Shown in pieces: positions 51,329-63,295 of a stretch of DNA of 64,000 nt. Origin of the DNA: Cyanidioschyzon merolae (taxonomy: Eukaryota); the NCBI GenBank assembly GCA_000091205.1, contig AP006496.2; one strand, 5' to 3'. Position 1 is the first letter of the stretch, and every line of letters starts with the position of its first letter. A model generated the notes under the pieces. That model ran no database searches. It had not been told where the DNA came from and worked only from the letters and a program-made list of their open reading frames with translations. The translations under genes were made by a program, and so were the position numbers.

Positions 51329-52360
51329 ATGGTGTCGGTAACTGTGCGCCTGCGGGACCCCCGGGGAACCAGGGTCTTGCAGATCGATGAGAACCAAACT
51401 GTGGAAGGATTGAAGGCGCTTCTCAAGGAGCAGACCGGTTTGAAGTCGTTCCGGATACTGCGGGGCTTTCCACCAAACCTGCTGATCGCAGCGCCTGAGG
51501 AGCGAGTCGGCAACGTGTTGGAAAGCGGTGACCTTCTTACTATCGAGGCCGCACAGCAGCAGGAGCAGGACGTTTATAGCGCCGCCAGTGGTAGCGGTAG
51601 TGCCGGCAGTAGTGGTTTTGGTGCCTATGGCGCTGATCGTAGTATACACGACCCGGCTTGCCAGGAAGCGTCCACGCAGGCCGGCCCCAGCCCGGTACGT
51701 TCAGCAGTCGCGTCACCACACAGGCCGCTTGCAGCGACAGCGCCGAGCTTTGAACGCGTCGTGGTCCCCGATGACAACAGTTGCCTCTTTCGGGCGGTCG
51801 CGTTTGTGTTGAAACAGCTGCTGGGAGGCATCGAATTGTTACCGGAAGAGCTCCGAGAGCTGGTCGCCCAGGCAGTTGCGGCCGATCCTTGGACCTACAA
51901 TGATGCTGTTCTTGGTAAAACGAATGAGGAATATCAGGACTGGATTAAGCGCCCAACGAGCTGGGGCGGAGCTATCGAGCTTGGCATATTTGCGAATCAT
52001 TTTGGAGTACAGATAGCGAGTTTTGATGTTCGGACAACTCGAATGGATGTTTTCGGCGAAGCTGCAGCGTATCCATCCCGCGTATATCTCTGCTACGACG
52101 GCATCCACTACGATCCTCTGGCGCTGCGGTCCCACCCAGACGAGTCCACAGACGACCTTTTAACCGTATTTCCCAGTAGTGACGGCGAATCAGAGGCGCT
52201 AGCAGCCGAGCTGATTCAAACGCTGCACGCGAGCCGTTCCTTCACAGACACAGCAAACTTTCTCGTCACATGTCGAGAATGCGGAGCCCAGCTTCGCGGT
52301 GAGGCGGGAGCTCTCGAACATGCACGCAGCACTGGACACGCAGGCTTCATCGAGCAATGA
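51329..52360 (+). CDS. OTU1/YOD1-type deubiquitinase (UBX-like N-domain, OTU domain, C-terminal C2H2 finger)
   Basis: The first ATG is residue 9 of the track ORF. The catalytic Cys box is DDNSCLFRAV and the His box is YDGIHYD. The UBX-like N-terminal segment is VRLRDPRGTRVLQIDENQTVEGLK. The C-terminal finger reads CRECGAQLRGEAGALEHARSTGH. Confidence 0.85.
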   Translation: MVSVTVRLRDPRGTRVLQIDENQTVEGLKALLKEQTGLKSFRILRGFPPNLLIAAPEERVGNVLESGDLLTIEAAQQQEQDVYSAASGSGSAGSSGFGAYGADRSIHDPACQEASTQAGPSPVRSAVASPHRPLAATAPSFERVVVPDDNSCLFRAVAFVLKQLLGGIELLPEELRELVAQAVAADPWTYNDAVLGKTNEEYQDWIKRPTSWGGAIELGIFANHFGVQIASFDVRTTRMDVFGEAAAYPSRVYLCYDGIHYDPLALRSHPDESTDDLLTVFPSSDGESEALAAELIQTLHASRSFTDTANFLVTCRECGAQLRGEAGALEHARSTGHAGFIEQ

Positions 52361-52651
52361 GTGAAGGGCGCGGCGGCGCATATGCGCCCTTTCAGCGATC
52401 ACCGTCGTATAGCGAGACCAAATCCACAAATTTTCCTGCAGCAGTACAAGGCAGCGATTCACAAGAATCAGTATTGTGGACATACTCGATCGCTCACCCC
52501 GCAGAGATATTGGGTCGCGCTCAGTCGAGTGGCGAGCGCGTTCTTCCCGTCTGCGACCTCGTTGTAGACAGGTACCGCCGCTGGGGCAAGCACCCGCGTG
52601 ATTCTGGTTCTGGATTCGTGATTCTTTTTCCAGCGCAGAGGTAGATTGGAG

Positions 52652-53803
52652 TCAAGCTCGGAAGTCGAGACCCATTTGGCGATAGAGCACAGGGTTTTCG
52701 TCCCATTTGCGGCACTTGATCAAGGTCAGAAGATGAACACGCCTGCCGAGAAGACGCTCCAGCTCCATTCGTGCCTTGACACCGATGGATTTTATGCGAA
52801 CTCCACCAGCGCCGGTGACTATAGCCTTCTGGCTCTGACGTTTGACGTAAATAACGCATCCAATGACCACGGAGCCGTCTTCTTTTGATTCCCACCGCTC
52901 CGTTTCTACCGCGCACTCGTACGGCAGCTCCTGGCGCAGCTGCAGGTACAGTTGTTCGCGCACCACCTCCGCTGCTAGCAGGCGCTCGGGTATATCGGTG
53001 AGTTGCTCACGATCGTAGTGCCATGGCCCCAATGGTGCTAGCTCCGCGATGCGCCTGCGTAGTTCGAAGACGCCCTCTCCAGTCCGGGCGGAGATCTGGT
53101 GGACTTCACGGATCCGTTCAGGGCCTCCCATTTCATGTAGAAGACCATCGCGGACGGCATCCAAGTCTTTACGGGGGATCAGATCGATCTTGTTCACAGC
53201 AAGAAGGATAGGCGTTTTCGCTAGCTCTTCTTTGTCGATCCTGGAAAGCCTCTCAGCGATGCTCGTTTCAGCATGACTCAGCTTGCGGAAATGATGATAG
53301 CGGTTCCCATCGAGCATGACAAGCACAATGTCGGCGCCTCTGCTCGCTTCCCAGGCACTTTTTACCATAGCTTGGTCAAACTTCCGCTTCGGCAGAAATA
53401 CGCCAGGGGTGTCGATAAACACAATCTGTGCATGGAGCGTTTCCTCGATGGCAATGCCCCTTACCTGGAACCTCGTCGTCTGCACCTTCGGCGACACAAT
53501 TGCCACCTTGCTGCCCACCATGGCGTTCACCAAGGTCGACTTCCCGGTATTCGACGGACCAAGAATCGACACGAAGCAGCAGCGCGATTCTGGAGCGACG
53601 CTGAGGTCCCCCCGACGGGTTTCGCTCGCCTCCAGGTCCGACCTCCCTTCGCCTCGGACTTTAAGGACGCCTCCAGGGTGTCGCTGCGGTCGTAGGAACC
53701 GACTCCCCCGCACCGGCACAACTCGTGAAATGCAAAGAAACTTGTTTTTCGATTGCCGATACGGGAACCCGAGAAGCAGTCCGGACGCTTGCAGAAACAT
53801 CAT
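52652..53803 (-). CDS. Era-type GTPase with C-terminal KH domain, probably organellar
   Basis: Track start is TTG; the first ATG is residue 54. G1 is GPSNTGKST, G3 is DTPG and G4 is NKID. The KH motif GAGGVRIKSIG is present, and the long N-terminus is presequence-like. Confidence 0.8.
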   Translation of the reverse strand: MMFLQASGLLLGFPYRQSKNKFLCISRVVPVRGSRFLRPQRHPGGVLKVRGEGRSDLEASETRRGDLSVAPESRCCFVSILGPSNTGKSTLVNAMVGSKVAIVSPKVQTTRFQVRGIAIEETLHAQIVFIDTPGVFLPKRKFDQAMVKSAWEASRGADIVLVMLDGNRYHHFRKLSHAETSIAERLSRIDKEELAKTPILLAVNKIDLIPRKDLDAVRDGLLHEMGGPERIREVHQISARTGEGVFELRRRIAELAPLGPWHYDREQLTDIPERLLAAEVVREQLYLQLRQELPYECAVETERWESKEDGSVVIGCVIYVKRQSQKAIVTGAGGVRIKSIGVKARMELERLLGRRVHLLTLIKCRKWDENPVLYRQMGLDFRA

Positions 53804-53842
53804 AGAGGTCAGAAGGCTAAATGTGCTGGGCGCCGTACACGC

Positions 53843-55159
53843 ATGAGCGATCGGCTTCGGACAATGCGAACGCGTCAAGGCCCTAGCATCCACTTGGCTC
53901 AGCTGCTGGCTAGTTGTATGTTCATCGTTTCCGCAACATGTTGCTCCTTGGGGAAGAGACAAGCACGCTCCTTTCTAGGACGCTGTTGGAAGGGGACTGG
54001 TGCCGGATGTGCGTTCCGCAGTGGGAACTGCGGCCTCAGAGCTGCGACAGGGTGCTCGTTGCGGGCCTGCAGCTCCGAGTTGGATGCCAGCTCCGACGCA
54101 GTCAGGGCTGGGGACAACTTCGGGCAACGAGCCAGCGACGCTGATCAGGGCCGCCCTGTGCACCAAGTAGGCCGTCAAACGGAAGGCGAGCGCTTCGCGG
54201 TCCGCCGTGCACTGCGCGTTTTTCTCAAGTTCACTCGCCCGCATACGATGTTAGGAAGTGCGGTTTCCATCTGCTCGCTTTCCTTGATGGGAAGCGTATC
54301 TGCCGGGCAGGCTCTAGGTGCAGCCACTTTACCACTTTGGACTCAACTTTTTCCAGTCCTTCTTGTGGGTCTCGTGCCAGCGCTCTTGATGAACATTTAT
54401 ATCGTCGGTCTGAATCAACTGTGTGATATTCCAGTTGACCGTGTGAACAAGCCTTACTTGCCCCTAGCAAGCGGAGAGCTATCGGTTCCCGCTGCAGTTT
54501 CCCTCGTAGGTATGTGTCTTCTGGGATCGTTTAGCCTAGGCTTCTGGCTTCCACAGAGCACCGCGGCCCTACGTTTTGCACTTGTCGCAAGCTGCATCCT
54601 AGGGACGTTATACTCGTTGCCACCGATTCGGTTGAAGCGTTTCCCACTGCTGGCGTCGCTCTGCATTCTAGTCGTAAGAGGTGCGGTCGTGAACATTGGT
54701 TTTTACTTGCACGCGCGCTCAGCTGTCATGTCGCTGAGAGGCCCATGGCTAGCAGAACTTTCCCCACTGATCAAGTTCACGACGGTGTTCTTTGCTGCGT
54801 ACGGGATCGTGATTGCGTTAATGAAAGATATTCCCGATGCGAAAGGTGATAACCAGCATCAACTCAGCAGTTTCACGCTTCAGTTCGGAGAACGGAACAT
54901 CTTCCGCTTTTGCGTCACGATGTTGATCTTCATGTTCATCGCTGGCGGTATATTTTGCATGTCGTCGGCGCTCGCGACGGTCCCGCGGCATCGAGCATTT
55001 GCGGCAGGCGGTTTTCACTTCGTTGCTGCTGCTTGGCTGCGGTGGAGATCGAGAGCCTCCATGATGGAAGCGCATCGTAGCGAGGTGGTGTACAACTTTT
55101 ACATGGACATTTGGAAGCTCTTTTATCTCGAATATGTAGTTCTACCTCTACTGCTTTAA
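53843..55159 (+). CDS. UbiA-family aromatic prenyltransferase of the homogentisate phytyl/solanesyl-transferase type
   Basis: Track start is TTG 53753; the first ATG is residue 31. The motif NQLCDIPVDRVNKPYLPLASGELS matches the HPT/HST signature NQxxDxxxDxxNKPxLPLASGE. The second motif is KDIPDAKGD. Eight or nine TM helices are predicted by eye. Confidence 0.7.
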   Translation: MSDRLRTMRTRQGPSIHLAQLLASCMFIVSATCCSLGKRQARSFLGRCWKGTGAGCAFRSGNCGLRAATGCSLRACSSELDASSDAVRAGDNFGQRASDADQGRPVHQVGRQTEGERFAVRRALRVFLKFTRPHTMLGSAVSICSLSLMGSVSAGQALGAATLPLWTQLFPVLLVGLVPALLMNIYIVGLNQLCDIPVDRVNKPYLPLASGELSVPAAVSLVGMCLLGSFSLGFWLPQSTAALRFALVASCILGTLYSLPPIRLKRFPLLASLCILVVRGAVVNIGFYLHARSAVMSLRGPWLAELSPLIKFTTVFFAAYGIVIALMKDIPDAKGDNQHQLSSFTLQFGERNIFRFCVTMLIFMFIAGGIFCMSSALATVPRHRAFAAGGFHFVAAAWLRWRSRASMMEAHRSEVVYNFYMDIWKLFYLEYVVLPLLL

Positions 55160-56299
55160 GCTCCGCGGGCCGCGTGCTTTCCGTACTGGAGCCAGTGCCT
55201 CCTAAGAAGATCGCACTAGTTGATCGAACCCTCGGAAGCGCACATGCTATCTAGGGAAGCATCGGTCCATCTTATAAAGCCTAGAATCAAAGCCTTCTCT
55301 GCGAGTCATGCATGCAGACGAATTTGAAAATTTCAGCCAAATCCAATTGGTGCGCGAGACGCAACGCGAAAGGCTAACATCGCTAATTCGACCAAAACTT
55401 TGAAAATGAAATCCTGACAGGGGCGCTTCATAGGGTAGACGGAGAGCCGCCGGTGCCTGCCACAAACTGTACGGGGATTCCAGTCTCATTCTGCGCGTTT
55501 TTCATAATCTCGCCACGAGCATTCCGTTTTCCACTAGCTCCTGGCTGGCGGGGCACCAGAATGCAGGTTACCCACCGCGCGTTACCATATTCCAGTAACT
55601 GCTCGCTCAGATATTGTAGTGTGTGGCTGTTCGTCAAGCAGTCGCAGGCCAAATGCCCCCTGGTCACGTTCCTTCACTGCTCAGTATGTGAACGATAGCG
55701 CGTATGGTTCGAGTCGAGAATATTCATGCGATCCTGCGTGGCGCGTTGCAACACTACTTTCGGGTCAGGCTGACATTGTTTAATAACATGCACGCTCTGT
55801 TTCTGCCTTTCGATTGCTTTTCCAAATTTTTTCAGATACTTAGGCTCGGCATTCGAATTGCCGTCATAGGGCTTATGGATTCAGGTTTCGTTTTAGGATT
55901 CTTCGTCGTCTTTTCAGTGCGGCTCCTTCGGAGATTTGCGAATGGAGCTTGCGTTTTCATAGGAATCAAGATGATTCGCGACGAATCCGAATTGCAGTTC
56001 GTAAAAAACCGACACGATCTCCAATTGATACCAACATGTCTCCATTGTTCTCCTGCCCTTACGTGTAGCATGGGCAAGTCAGGCATTCTTCTCGTTTTCG
56101 ATGTTTCTGTTTCACGGCAAATTGTGGGCGCAACGATTCGCACCGGCGGAGTGGCGAGGAAAAATACTTGACGTCTTCCCTTGACTAATGGTACACAGGC
56201 TCATGCCAAAGGTTCACTGAACTTGTAACGTCAAACATTTGACTCTCTTCGAGAGACAAATCCATCTCTCGAAGTGACCGCGAAGATGCAGTATTCCAG

Positions 56300-56520
56300 C
56301 GCAGCAAATTACATTCACGGGATACGATCCCATAGGCTCCTGTCTCATTTGTTTGAATCGGTAAGGGTCTTGGACTGGGCTTGAGTCATCTTAGCGATTG
56401 GCTCCAGTGGAGAGTGCGTAACCATTTTGCGCGAAGGAAGCGGGATTGGATCGAAGCATGTCGACTTGATCTCCAGCCTTTTTGATCCTTCCAGTTCGAG
56501 TTGCGTCATGCCCAACATCG
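56300..56520. repeat. R2 family copy
   Basis: Aligns with 33690..33960. Confidence 0.5.
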
Positions 56521-58991
56521 CATCCGACAAATCCTCATTGGAACGGAAAGGCGTGCACTTGGGCGTGCAGCAGTCAGAGTGCTCGCAAAGTGGACGAGAA
56601 AGAATCCCGTGCTCGTAGGGTACGGTACTAGTTGCGGAAAGAGAGGGAGGCATCGAAGTGGACATCCTGTACTCGTCAAGGGCATGCACCGAAAGTCGAC
56701 GTAGACGCTCACACTCCACTAAGCGACACTCGGAGGCGGATTCGTGGTGAAACAGTGGAGAATCCTGACCACAGCCATGTTTCACCTGTTCGGAAGGTGC
56801 AACAATGCTGGATTCAAATACGATGAATGTGCCAAGCGAAGCGGGGACCGTAGCTTGCACATGTGATAAAAATGAGGCGAAAACAGCTGGAAAATCTATA
56901 TCGTTGCCTGAGCGCAAGTGTGGAAACACTTCGACTGCTCGTAACAGAGCTCGGGAAAAAGGAAAGCATTGCGAATTTAAAGCCTGAGATGAGAATGAGA
57001 GAAAATGGAAGCAGCCGCAGGAATGGTTCCCAACAAAGCTGACTTTGATGACAGTGGGAAGATATCCATACTTTATTGTGTGAGTCTTCTAAGTATAAAA
57101 GACTGGTTCGATTGTATTCTGGTATAGGTGTTGTACTGCTGCGCGGTCGGGCGTGGCGTGCAGAAATCGAATTTCGCTTGCTGTTCCGGAATCCGCGATT
57201 GGCGAAATAACTCAGGACGAATTTCGATTTCTTGAAATTCAATTTTGACGCATGCCGCGCGACCGCGAAACCGGCCTCCGCTTAGTCGGGCAGTGGTTCG
57301 ATCCGCGTGTCGCGGCTTCGGATGTCTAGTTGCCCGTGTACGGCGCCCTCGCTCCAACACTGATGCAGCCCGGTGCTTGTAAATGGTTGCGCAGTCCTTC
57401 GAATGCATCCGTGCCACTGCCCGGAATCCGCTTAGCGCATGGGTGCTAGTTTGCAATCTGGTATCGGTGTGTCAACGCAGGTCGCAGCGCTGGAATTGGT
57501 AGTTTTGCGCCTGCTTCTGTACATGCAGATGTCCTTAACGAGTAGAGCGAACTCTTGTTTCAGAAGTTCTACTTTCTAAAGGCGAATGCCTTGCGCGGAT
57601 CGGCGCTCCCAAACTTAAATCTCCGTCCTAAATTCCCTGGAAAACTCATATTTTCAAGTAAAGAGTTTCCCGTATAGAGATTTCATGTAATATGCCACGC
57701 GTCGTGTGGGTTGAAGGTACGGCGACTATCCCCATTGTTGCTCGATGAGCTGCGCTTCGGTTTCCTTCTATCTGTTATACTAAGATTCAGTATGTTTCAT
57801 GCTCCAAGGGCGCAGCGGACTCCGAGGAACGCAGTTGGAGCGTTGGAGAGTAGAGATCGAGCTCTTCGTGTCATGGGGGCCGTATGAGTCGCGGGTTTCA
57901 CATGCACGGCGCTCGCTGTACTGCGTAGTAGCTGCACCTTACCAACCAACGCATTAATCGGTCGAATTCGGGGGCAGCGGGATGCTTTATGGTTGGGAAT
58001 CGATGAGACTAAGCAGAGATTTCGTGGAAACGCGTTTGTAAACTGAGCCCAGGGAAGCAACCACCTGAGCACCTCGCCAAATACTCAACGTTCCACTGTT
58101 TCTAGACAAGAAATCGCCTCGGGATTGGACGCTTGATCTATCCAGCGACTATCCGAGAGCCAAGCCTAACACTGGTTGTTGGAGCGATGCTGGATGATGT
58201 GCCGCAGCCTCGGTCGCCACGCACAGAGACAGAAAGGCCCCACAGCGCCTCTACGGTTCTCGACGGGATACAGCCACACCGAAACGAGACGCAACGGTCT
58301 GATTTCCTTAAGCCGGCGATGCATGTTCTCAGAAAAAGCGGGAGAATCGGAACATTAATCGTAGAGCATTCATTGCATTCTTTCCATTGCTTCCTTGATT
58401 CTTCCCTGACTGCATGCCGTCTTCTACTGAGACGCAGAAAGTCTATCGGTTATTGCGTCTCCGGCCATTTCTGATTCTGCACGGCGCGGTCTCCGAAGGA
58501 AAGCGACTCCATAGTATGCAAGGAACTCGACGCATTCATGGATCCCCGAAGAGAGAGAAACTGAGTCTTTGAATCTAAAACTGACACGGTATCGGCGTAC
58601 TATAAAGAAAGAGATTCCGGTTGCCGAACCCGGGGAGCCGCTGAGCTGCTGAGCTGCTTCGACTTTTTGCTCGCAGCATCCGCGCACTATCGTGGTTACT
58701 GAATGAAGACTTTTAGGCGCTTGATAACGAAAAGATTCGATACATCGATGCTTATGAGTACTATGTGCGCCTGTACTTTAAACACTTGTTTTCGTAGCAC
58801 GCTTTCCTGGCGTTCAGAGACTTCAGCCGTTTACAAGTGCGCCAGCAATGCGTTCGAAACCGTTACAACACAAAAAAAACAGAAAGCAACGCCGATATTG
58901 ATCTCTCGCCCGACGGATACTCTGCGCGGATGCCGTACGAGACATGCGTCCGTCGACACCGTTCGATTGCCGCGGCGCACACTTTCATTCA

Positions 58992-59954
58992 TCAGCCAAT
59001 TATAATCTTGCCATCATCTGTGAATGAATATGTTGGAACTTCAAGATTCAACGGAGCTGGACCTTTCCGCACTCGCCCGCTAACGTCGTAATGACTGCCA
59101 TGGCACGGGCAGAAGAATCCACCCCAGTCGCCAGCGTTTGCGATTGGAACGCATCCCAGATGGGTGCACACGCCAACTACCACGAGCCACTCCGGGTTGA
59201 TGGCTCTTGAGGCGTCGGTCTCGGGGTCCCGCAGCGGAGCATTATCATCACGTCGAGCAGCCTCGATCTCCTCTGGTGTGCGATGCCGAATCATCACAGG
59301 TTTCCCGCGCCATTTGATCGTCGCGGTTTGGCCCAACGGGACAGCCGACAGGTCGACTTCGACCGTACCAAGCGCAAGCACATCCGCAGAGGCGCTCATG
59401 GTGTAGATAAACTTTAAGAGCAGAACACGCACAGCTGAAGCAGCGACAAGCTTCGCCGACCCAAGCATCATATATGTGAAAGCCCGCCTGGTCGGATCGC
59501 CACGAGGTAACAAGTGAGGCTCTCGAAAGTACTCGTCCGCGTACCCAACAGGCAAAGCGGTCGACTGCGGTGCGCGACTGGCGACGGCCCCGTCGCCAGC
59601 CAGGGGCGCGACGCTATCCGAGCTTGAACTCGTGAGCGCCGCGCGCTGTGACTTTCGCAGCGCCTCAGCCGCCAGAAGTGCACCATTCTGCACCGAACTC
59701 AGATGAGATGATGAAGTTTCCGGGCTGCTTAACCGCAAACCTGCGCATGTTACCGAACTTGACAGCAACCTCGCTGTCGCTGCTGCCTCGTAGAGGAGTC
59801 GGCGTTCTGGACCACAGCGCACTGGCTCGTTTGCAGCGCGGGGCGCCTCCACAGCGCAGAGCCCCACGCAGCCTAAGAACCCAGAGCGAGAAAGGATGTG
59901 CGTAGTTTGTACGCTTCGTCGAAAGGCTCTTAGAAGCGCAGCTGTCGTCTGCAT
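58992..59954 (-). CDS. mitochondrial Rieske iron-sulfur protein of the cytochrome bc1 complex
   Basis: ATG start. The cluster boxes are CTHLGC and CPCHGSHYD. It has a long presequence and the TM segment [18 protein letters not shown]. Confidence 0.9.
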   Translation of the reverse strand: MQTTAALLRAFRRSVQTTHILSRSGFLGCVGLCAVEAPRAANEPVRCGPERRLLYEAAATARLLSSSVTCAGLRLSSPETSSSHLSSVQNGALLAAEALRKSQRAALTSSSSDSVAPLAGDGAVASRAPQSTALPVGYADEYFREPHLLPRGDPTRRAFTYMMLGSAKLVAASAVRVLLLKFIYTMSASADVLALGTVEVDLSAVPLGQTATIKWRGKPVMIRHRTPEEIEAARRDDNAPLRDPETDASRAINPEWLVVVGVCTHLGCVPIANAGDWGGFFCPCHGSHYDVSGRVRKGPAPLNLEVPTYSFTDDGKIIIG

Positions 59955-60053
59955 TAGTGAACTGCTTCTAAAACGCTGACAAGAAACGCGACGCTGTGCG
60001 TTGCTCGCGCGAACGGATCGCCGCCGACGGCGCAGAACGGCTTGGGATATGCT

Positions 60054-60470
60054 ATGACGACCTCGAACGCACTGAGCGGTGGGAAGCCGTCACGGCCATC
60101 CCCGCCTGAGAAGGGCTCTTTTCCGCTAGACCGCGAAGGGCTATGTGCAGACTTTGCCCGGGCTGTGATTCGGTGCCTGCGGGAGCGCGAGGGCCGGACA
60201 GCGGCGTGCCGCGGTGAAGAGCTGGCCTATCTCGAGTGTCGCATGAATCACGGTTTAATGACCCCGGAGAGCCCGGCAGATCTTGGCTTCGATGAAGAAA
60301 ACGACAGAGCACTGTCTGCTGTTAATGAGCGTGATGATGGTAAGGAGCAACTGAAAGTCTCAGACGGGGCATACGTCGCTGGCTTGCGGTACCATCGCAG
60401 CAGGCGGCGCCATCGAGAGCAGGAGGGTCAGCGGCCGGGTTCGTCTAGAGAAGAGTCCCCCGAGGGATAG
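60054..60470 (+). CDS. COX19-like twin Cx9C (CHCH) protein
   Basis: Track start is TTG; the first ATG is residue 5. [25 protein letters not shown]...[18 protein letters not shown] carries two Cx9C pairs and matches COX19 (PERGSFPLDHxGECKxFKEKFMKCL...CRxESKEYLECRMER). Confidence 0.75.
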   Translation: MTTSNALSGGKPSRPSPPEKGSFPLDREGLCADFARAVIRCLREREGRTAACRGEELAYLECRMNHGLMTPESPADLGFDEENDRALSAVNERDDGKEQLKVSDGAYVAGLRYHRSRRRHREQEGQRPGSSREESPEG

Positions 60471-60623
60471 GAGGTCCTCGTGTTTGGCCTTTTCTGGCCC
60501 AATACGGGTAGGTGAACAGCCGCGACGAACCGCGGAGACGGGTAATGGCGTTCGCCCGGTGATAAATGTCCGCCGAACAGGGTTCGCAGGGTACCTCGCG
60601 TCTGGAGGTGCGCTCTATGGCTT

Positions 60624-62693
60624 TTATGGCACATATACCATATTCGAGGCGTTTCCGCTGGTGTATCCATCGTTTGTGAAGTTGCTCTCACTAGCCTGGA
60701 CTCCGTATAAGAGCGATCGCAGCAAGCTGTCTGTGCTGGCTTGTGCATCGTCGAGTGTTCGCTGCCCAGCAGTTTGAATTGAAGTCGAGCCTACACCGTC
60801 GCGACCCTCTCGGTGAACATCGTTACGCCCCCACTGTTGATTGTTTTCTCTGCTGCTCATTTCAAGTTTTGCTCCGGTTTCCACCGCATCCTGCGGAAAT
60901 CGTGGCGGAGTGCAACTTGTGCACACGGCGGGCGGCTTTGAATACGCGACGCATGCTGCATCGCATGCATTGGCAACTGCAGTCCGAGGCTCAAACGATT
61001 CTGGAGCAAGTGCTGATTCGCTGTCACCGCAGGCACTTATCCATGCATATTGGAGGCGGATGTGGCTCGGTGAACCGCACAACCGATGGATTTCTGACAC
61101 GAGGAGCTGCTCACCTTCGTCGCTCCTACGCATCCAATGTCCGAGTCCGTTTGCCCGCGCCATGCGGCATGCATTCGCGTTCCAGAGCTCGTCAAATTCA
61201 GCTGTTCCGGTCCGGTAAGCCTCGTCGGTACACACCCGTAGGCGGAGCAAATGGGCAGGCGGTAGTTGTTCCCGCATCTCATTTGAGGTTTGCACAGAAG
61301 ATGCGATACAGGATGCCCATTTTTCTGCGAGATGGTCGAACACTGCAGCGAATCTTTTCTTCAAGCGAAGCGTGAGGAGGATGCGAGGGTTGCGGTTCCA
61401 CTGCTCAAGTTTGATTTCTTCAGGACTCCTTGGCAACGGCACGATTTGCAGACTGACTTCCATGTTCAAATTTTTGCCATCGCGAGTATTCGTGAGCGCC
61501 TTGCGAAGTATGCGATCTGGTTCGATATCAACCATGTGCCCAGGCTCCGTATGATGGCTATCTCTTTCGCGGAGCGCGGCGTAGGCCCCGGCACCGGCGC
61601 GGTTCAGCCATGCAGCGCTTGATTCCGGCCTGGCGCTGGCTGCCGTTTCTGCTGTAGGTTCTTGTCGCAGTAGGCTCAAAAGCGCAGCGGCCCAGCTGCA
61701 GGCATCGGACGTCGACGCGCACTTACCGAATGCGGTGGCGGTTTGGTCAGCGATGGAACGGACGCCGTCCTTGTTTTGGATGCCTCTGGTTTCCAGCTGC
61801 CTAGCGGCGAGTAGAGTGCGAATTTGCAGATCCGGCTGTAAAACGCGGTCGAATAAGTGCATGGATTCGGCTATTTCTGCTATCTCCGGGCTAATCATAG
61901 CTGCTCGTTTGACTGGATCGATTGCCCTCCGAAGACATCGATGAAAAACTCCTGTCACCTGGGATGCTGATCTTGTACGAATGATGCGAGCCATAGCCTG
62001 GAAGTCGCGCCCCACCTGCAGAAGCGCTTTGTAAAACATTTCTATTTCATGCTCGCTCCAGACGCCGATGTTAACGGATGGCGCCCCGTCCGTCTTTGGC
62101 AGATGTTTCGTGCCATCCGATGCAAGCTCGGAGGCCGTAGTGGCGGCTCGTGCCGCTGCTGGAGACCTGTGCGCAGCAGTGACTTCCTGGCGCTTTAGGC
62201 CCGCTCCTCGCCACCGCATCCATCCGGCCGATCTCTTCCACGTGCTTCCAGCGGTTCCAGCACCTTGCATATCCGGTCTCAGTGAAGAACCGGTCCCAAA
62301 ATTGGCATTGTTGCTGTTCTCTGTGCGCGGAAGGGCAGCGACTCTGGTTAATCCTGGCGCAGGGTGATCTCTGCTTGTCCCCTCTATCGCAAGACACCAG
62401 TCCGTGCCAGTATCAGAGCCTAGCTTCTGCACTGCTCCGCCTGTTTGGGTATGCCCGAGCAGCGTACTGCTTCCGAAAAGCAGCGAGGGCAACTGATGGA
62501 GGCTCAAACCTTTATCGAGCCCTAGACCAAACAGACTTCCATTGGAGTTCCCGAGCTGCGCTACCCATGGCGAGAGTGACACTGTTCCGAGTTCCTCCGC
62601 AGCCCGCGTGCCAGTTTCGAGCTCGGGAATATTTCTCCCAGCTTCAGCGAGATACGTCTGTGTACCTCTGCGTCCCAAGGCAGTTGAGTCCAT
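60624..62693 (-). CDS. SANT/Myb-like domain protein of unknown function
   Basis: ATG start, 689 aa. SANT: WSEHEIEMFYKALLQVGRDFQAMARIIRTRSASQV. Confidence 0.55.
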   Translation of the reverse strand: MDSTALGRRGTQTYLAEAGRNIPELETGTRAAEELGTVSLSPWVAQLGNSNGSLFGLGLDKGLSLHQLPSLLFGSSTLLGHTQTGGAVQKLGSDTGTDWCLAIEGTSRDHPAPGLTRVAALPRTENSNNANFGTGSSLRPDMQGAGTAGSTWKRSAGWMRWRGAGLKRQEVTAAHRSPAAARAATTASELASDGTKHLPKTDGAPSVNIGVWSEHEIEMFYKALLQVGRDFQAMARIIRTRSASQVTGVFHRCLRRAIDPVKRAAMISPEIAEIAESMHLFDRVLQPDLQIRTLLAARQLETRGIQNKDGVRSIADQTATAFGKCASTSDACSWAAALLSLLRQEPTAETAASARPESSAAWLNRAGAGAYAALRERDSHHTEPGHMVDIEPDRILRKALTNTRDGKNLNMEVSLQIVPLPRSPEEIKLEQWNRNPRILLTLRLKKRFAAVFDHLAEKWASCIASSVQTSNEMREQLPPAHLLRLRVCTDEAYRTGTAEFDELWNANACRMARANGLGHWMRRSDEGEQLLVSEIHRLCGSPSHIRLQYAWISACGDSESALAPESFEPRTAVANACDAACVAYSKPPAVCTSCTPPRFPQDAVETGAKLEMSSRENNQQWGRNDVHREGRDGVGSTSIQTAGQRTLDDAQASTDSLLRSLLYGVQASESNFTNDGYTSGNASNMVYVP

Positions 62694-63295
62694 TTCAAGC
62701 GTGATCCTCAGTCTGTGCTAAACCGCAAAAGACAGTCTTCGCACTTGAGTGCGTGTCGAAGTACAGAGCACCCTATGACACCCCGTCGACCAAGACACAG
62801 AACTGCGAATACGATTCACAAACAACAGATCCAGAAACAAAACCCCCGACACCCAAACGAGCAACAACCAAGCAAGTTCCAACTACAGGGGTGTTGAATG
62901 CGAAGCGCCGCCCCTACTACCGCACACCGACACGCTTGAACGGCTCATCGAGCGTATGGCGCGCAGTCGACGCCTGCAGGCACCGAAGGCGCGCCAACTG
63001 CGCCTGATGCATCGGAAGCCCCATGAGGCAGTGCCCTCTGGCGGTAGCGGCATCGACGCCATGCCCCAGATGCAGCGCATCGCCGCCTGCGGCCAAATGG
63101 AAGCCGTTGCACGCATGCATTCACGCACGCACGCACGCATGCACGGTACGCCATGCGTGCCGTCCGGATTTCGAATTCGATTCCCGCCATGCTGCCATGT
63201 CCGAAGCGCTTACGTCACGCGGCAGCATTCTATCTGGGTACCTTTACAGCGCTTTGACTGGTTGCAGCGGGTGACCTGTTTGTTCCTTGCGGAAC

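Noticed and set aside
57255-57320. tRNA-like T-loop GGTTCGATCC at 57279-57288
   Set aside because: Only ~62 nt are available between candidate acceptor strands. No D-arm or anticodon arm can be folded, so it is probably a chance match.
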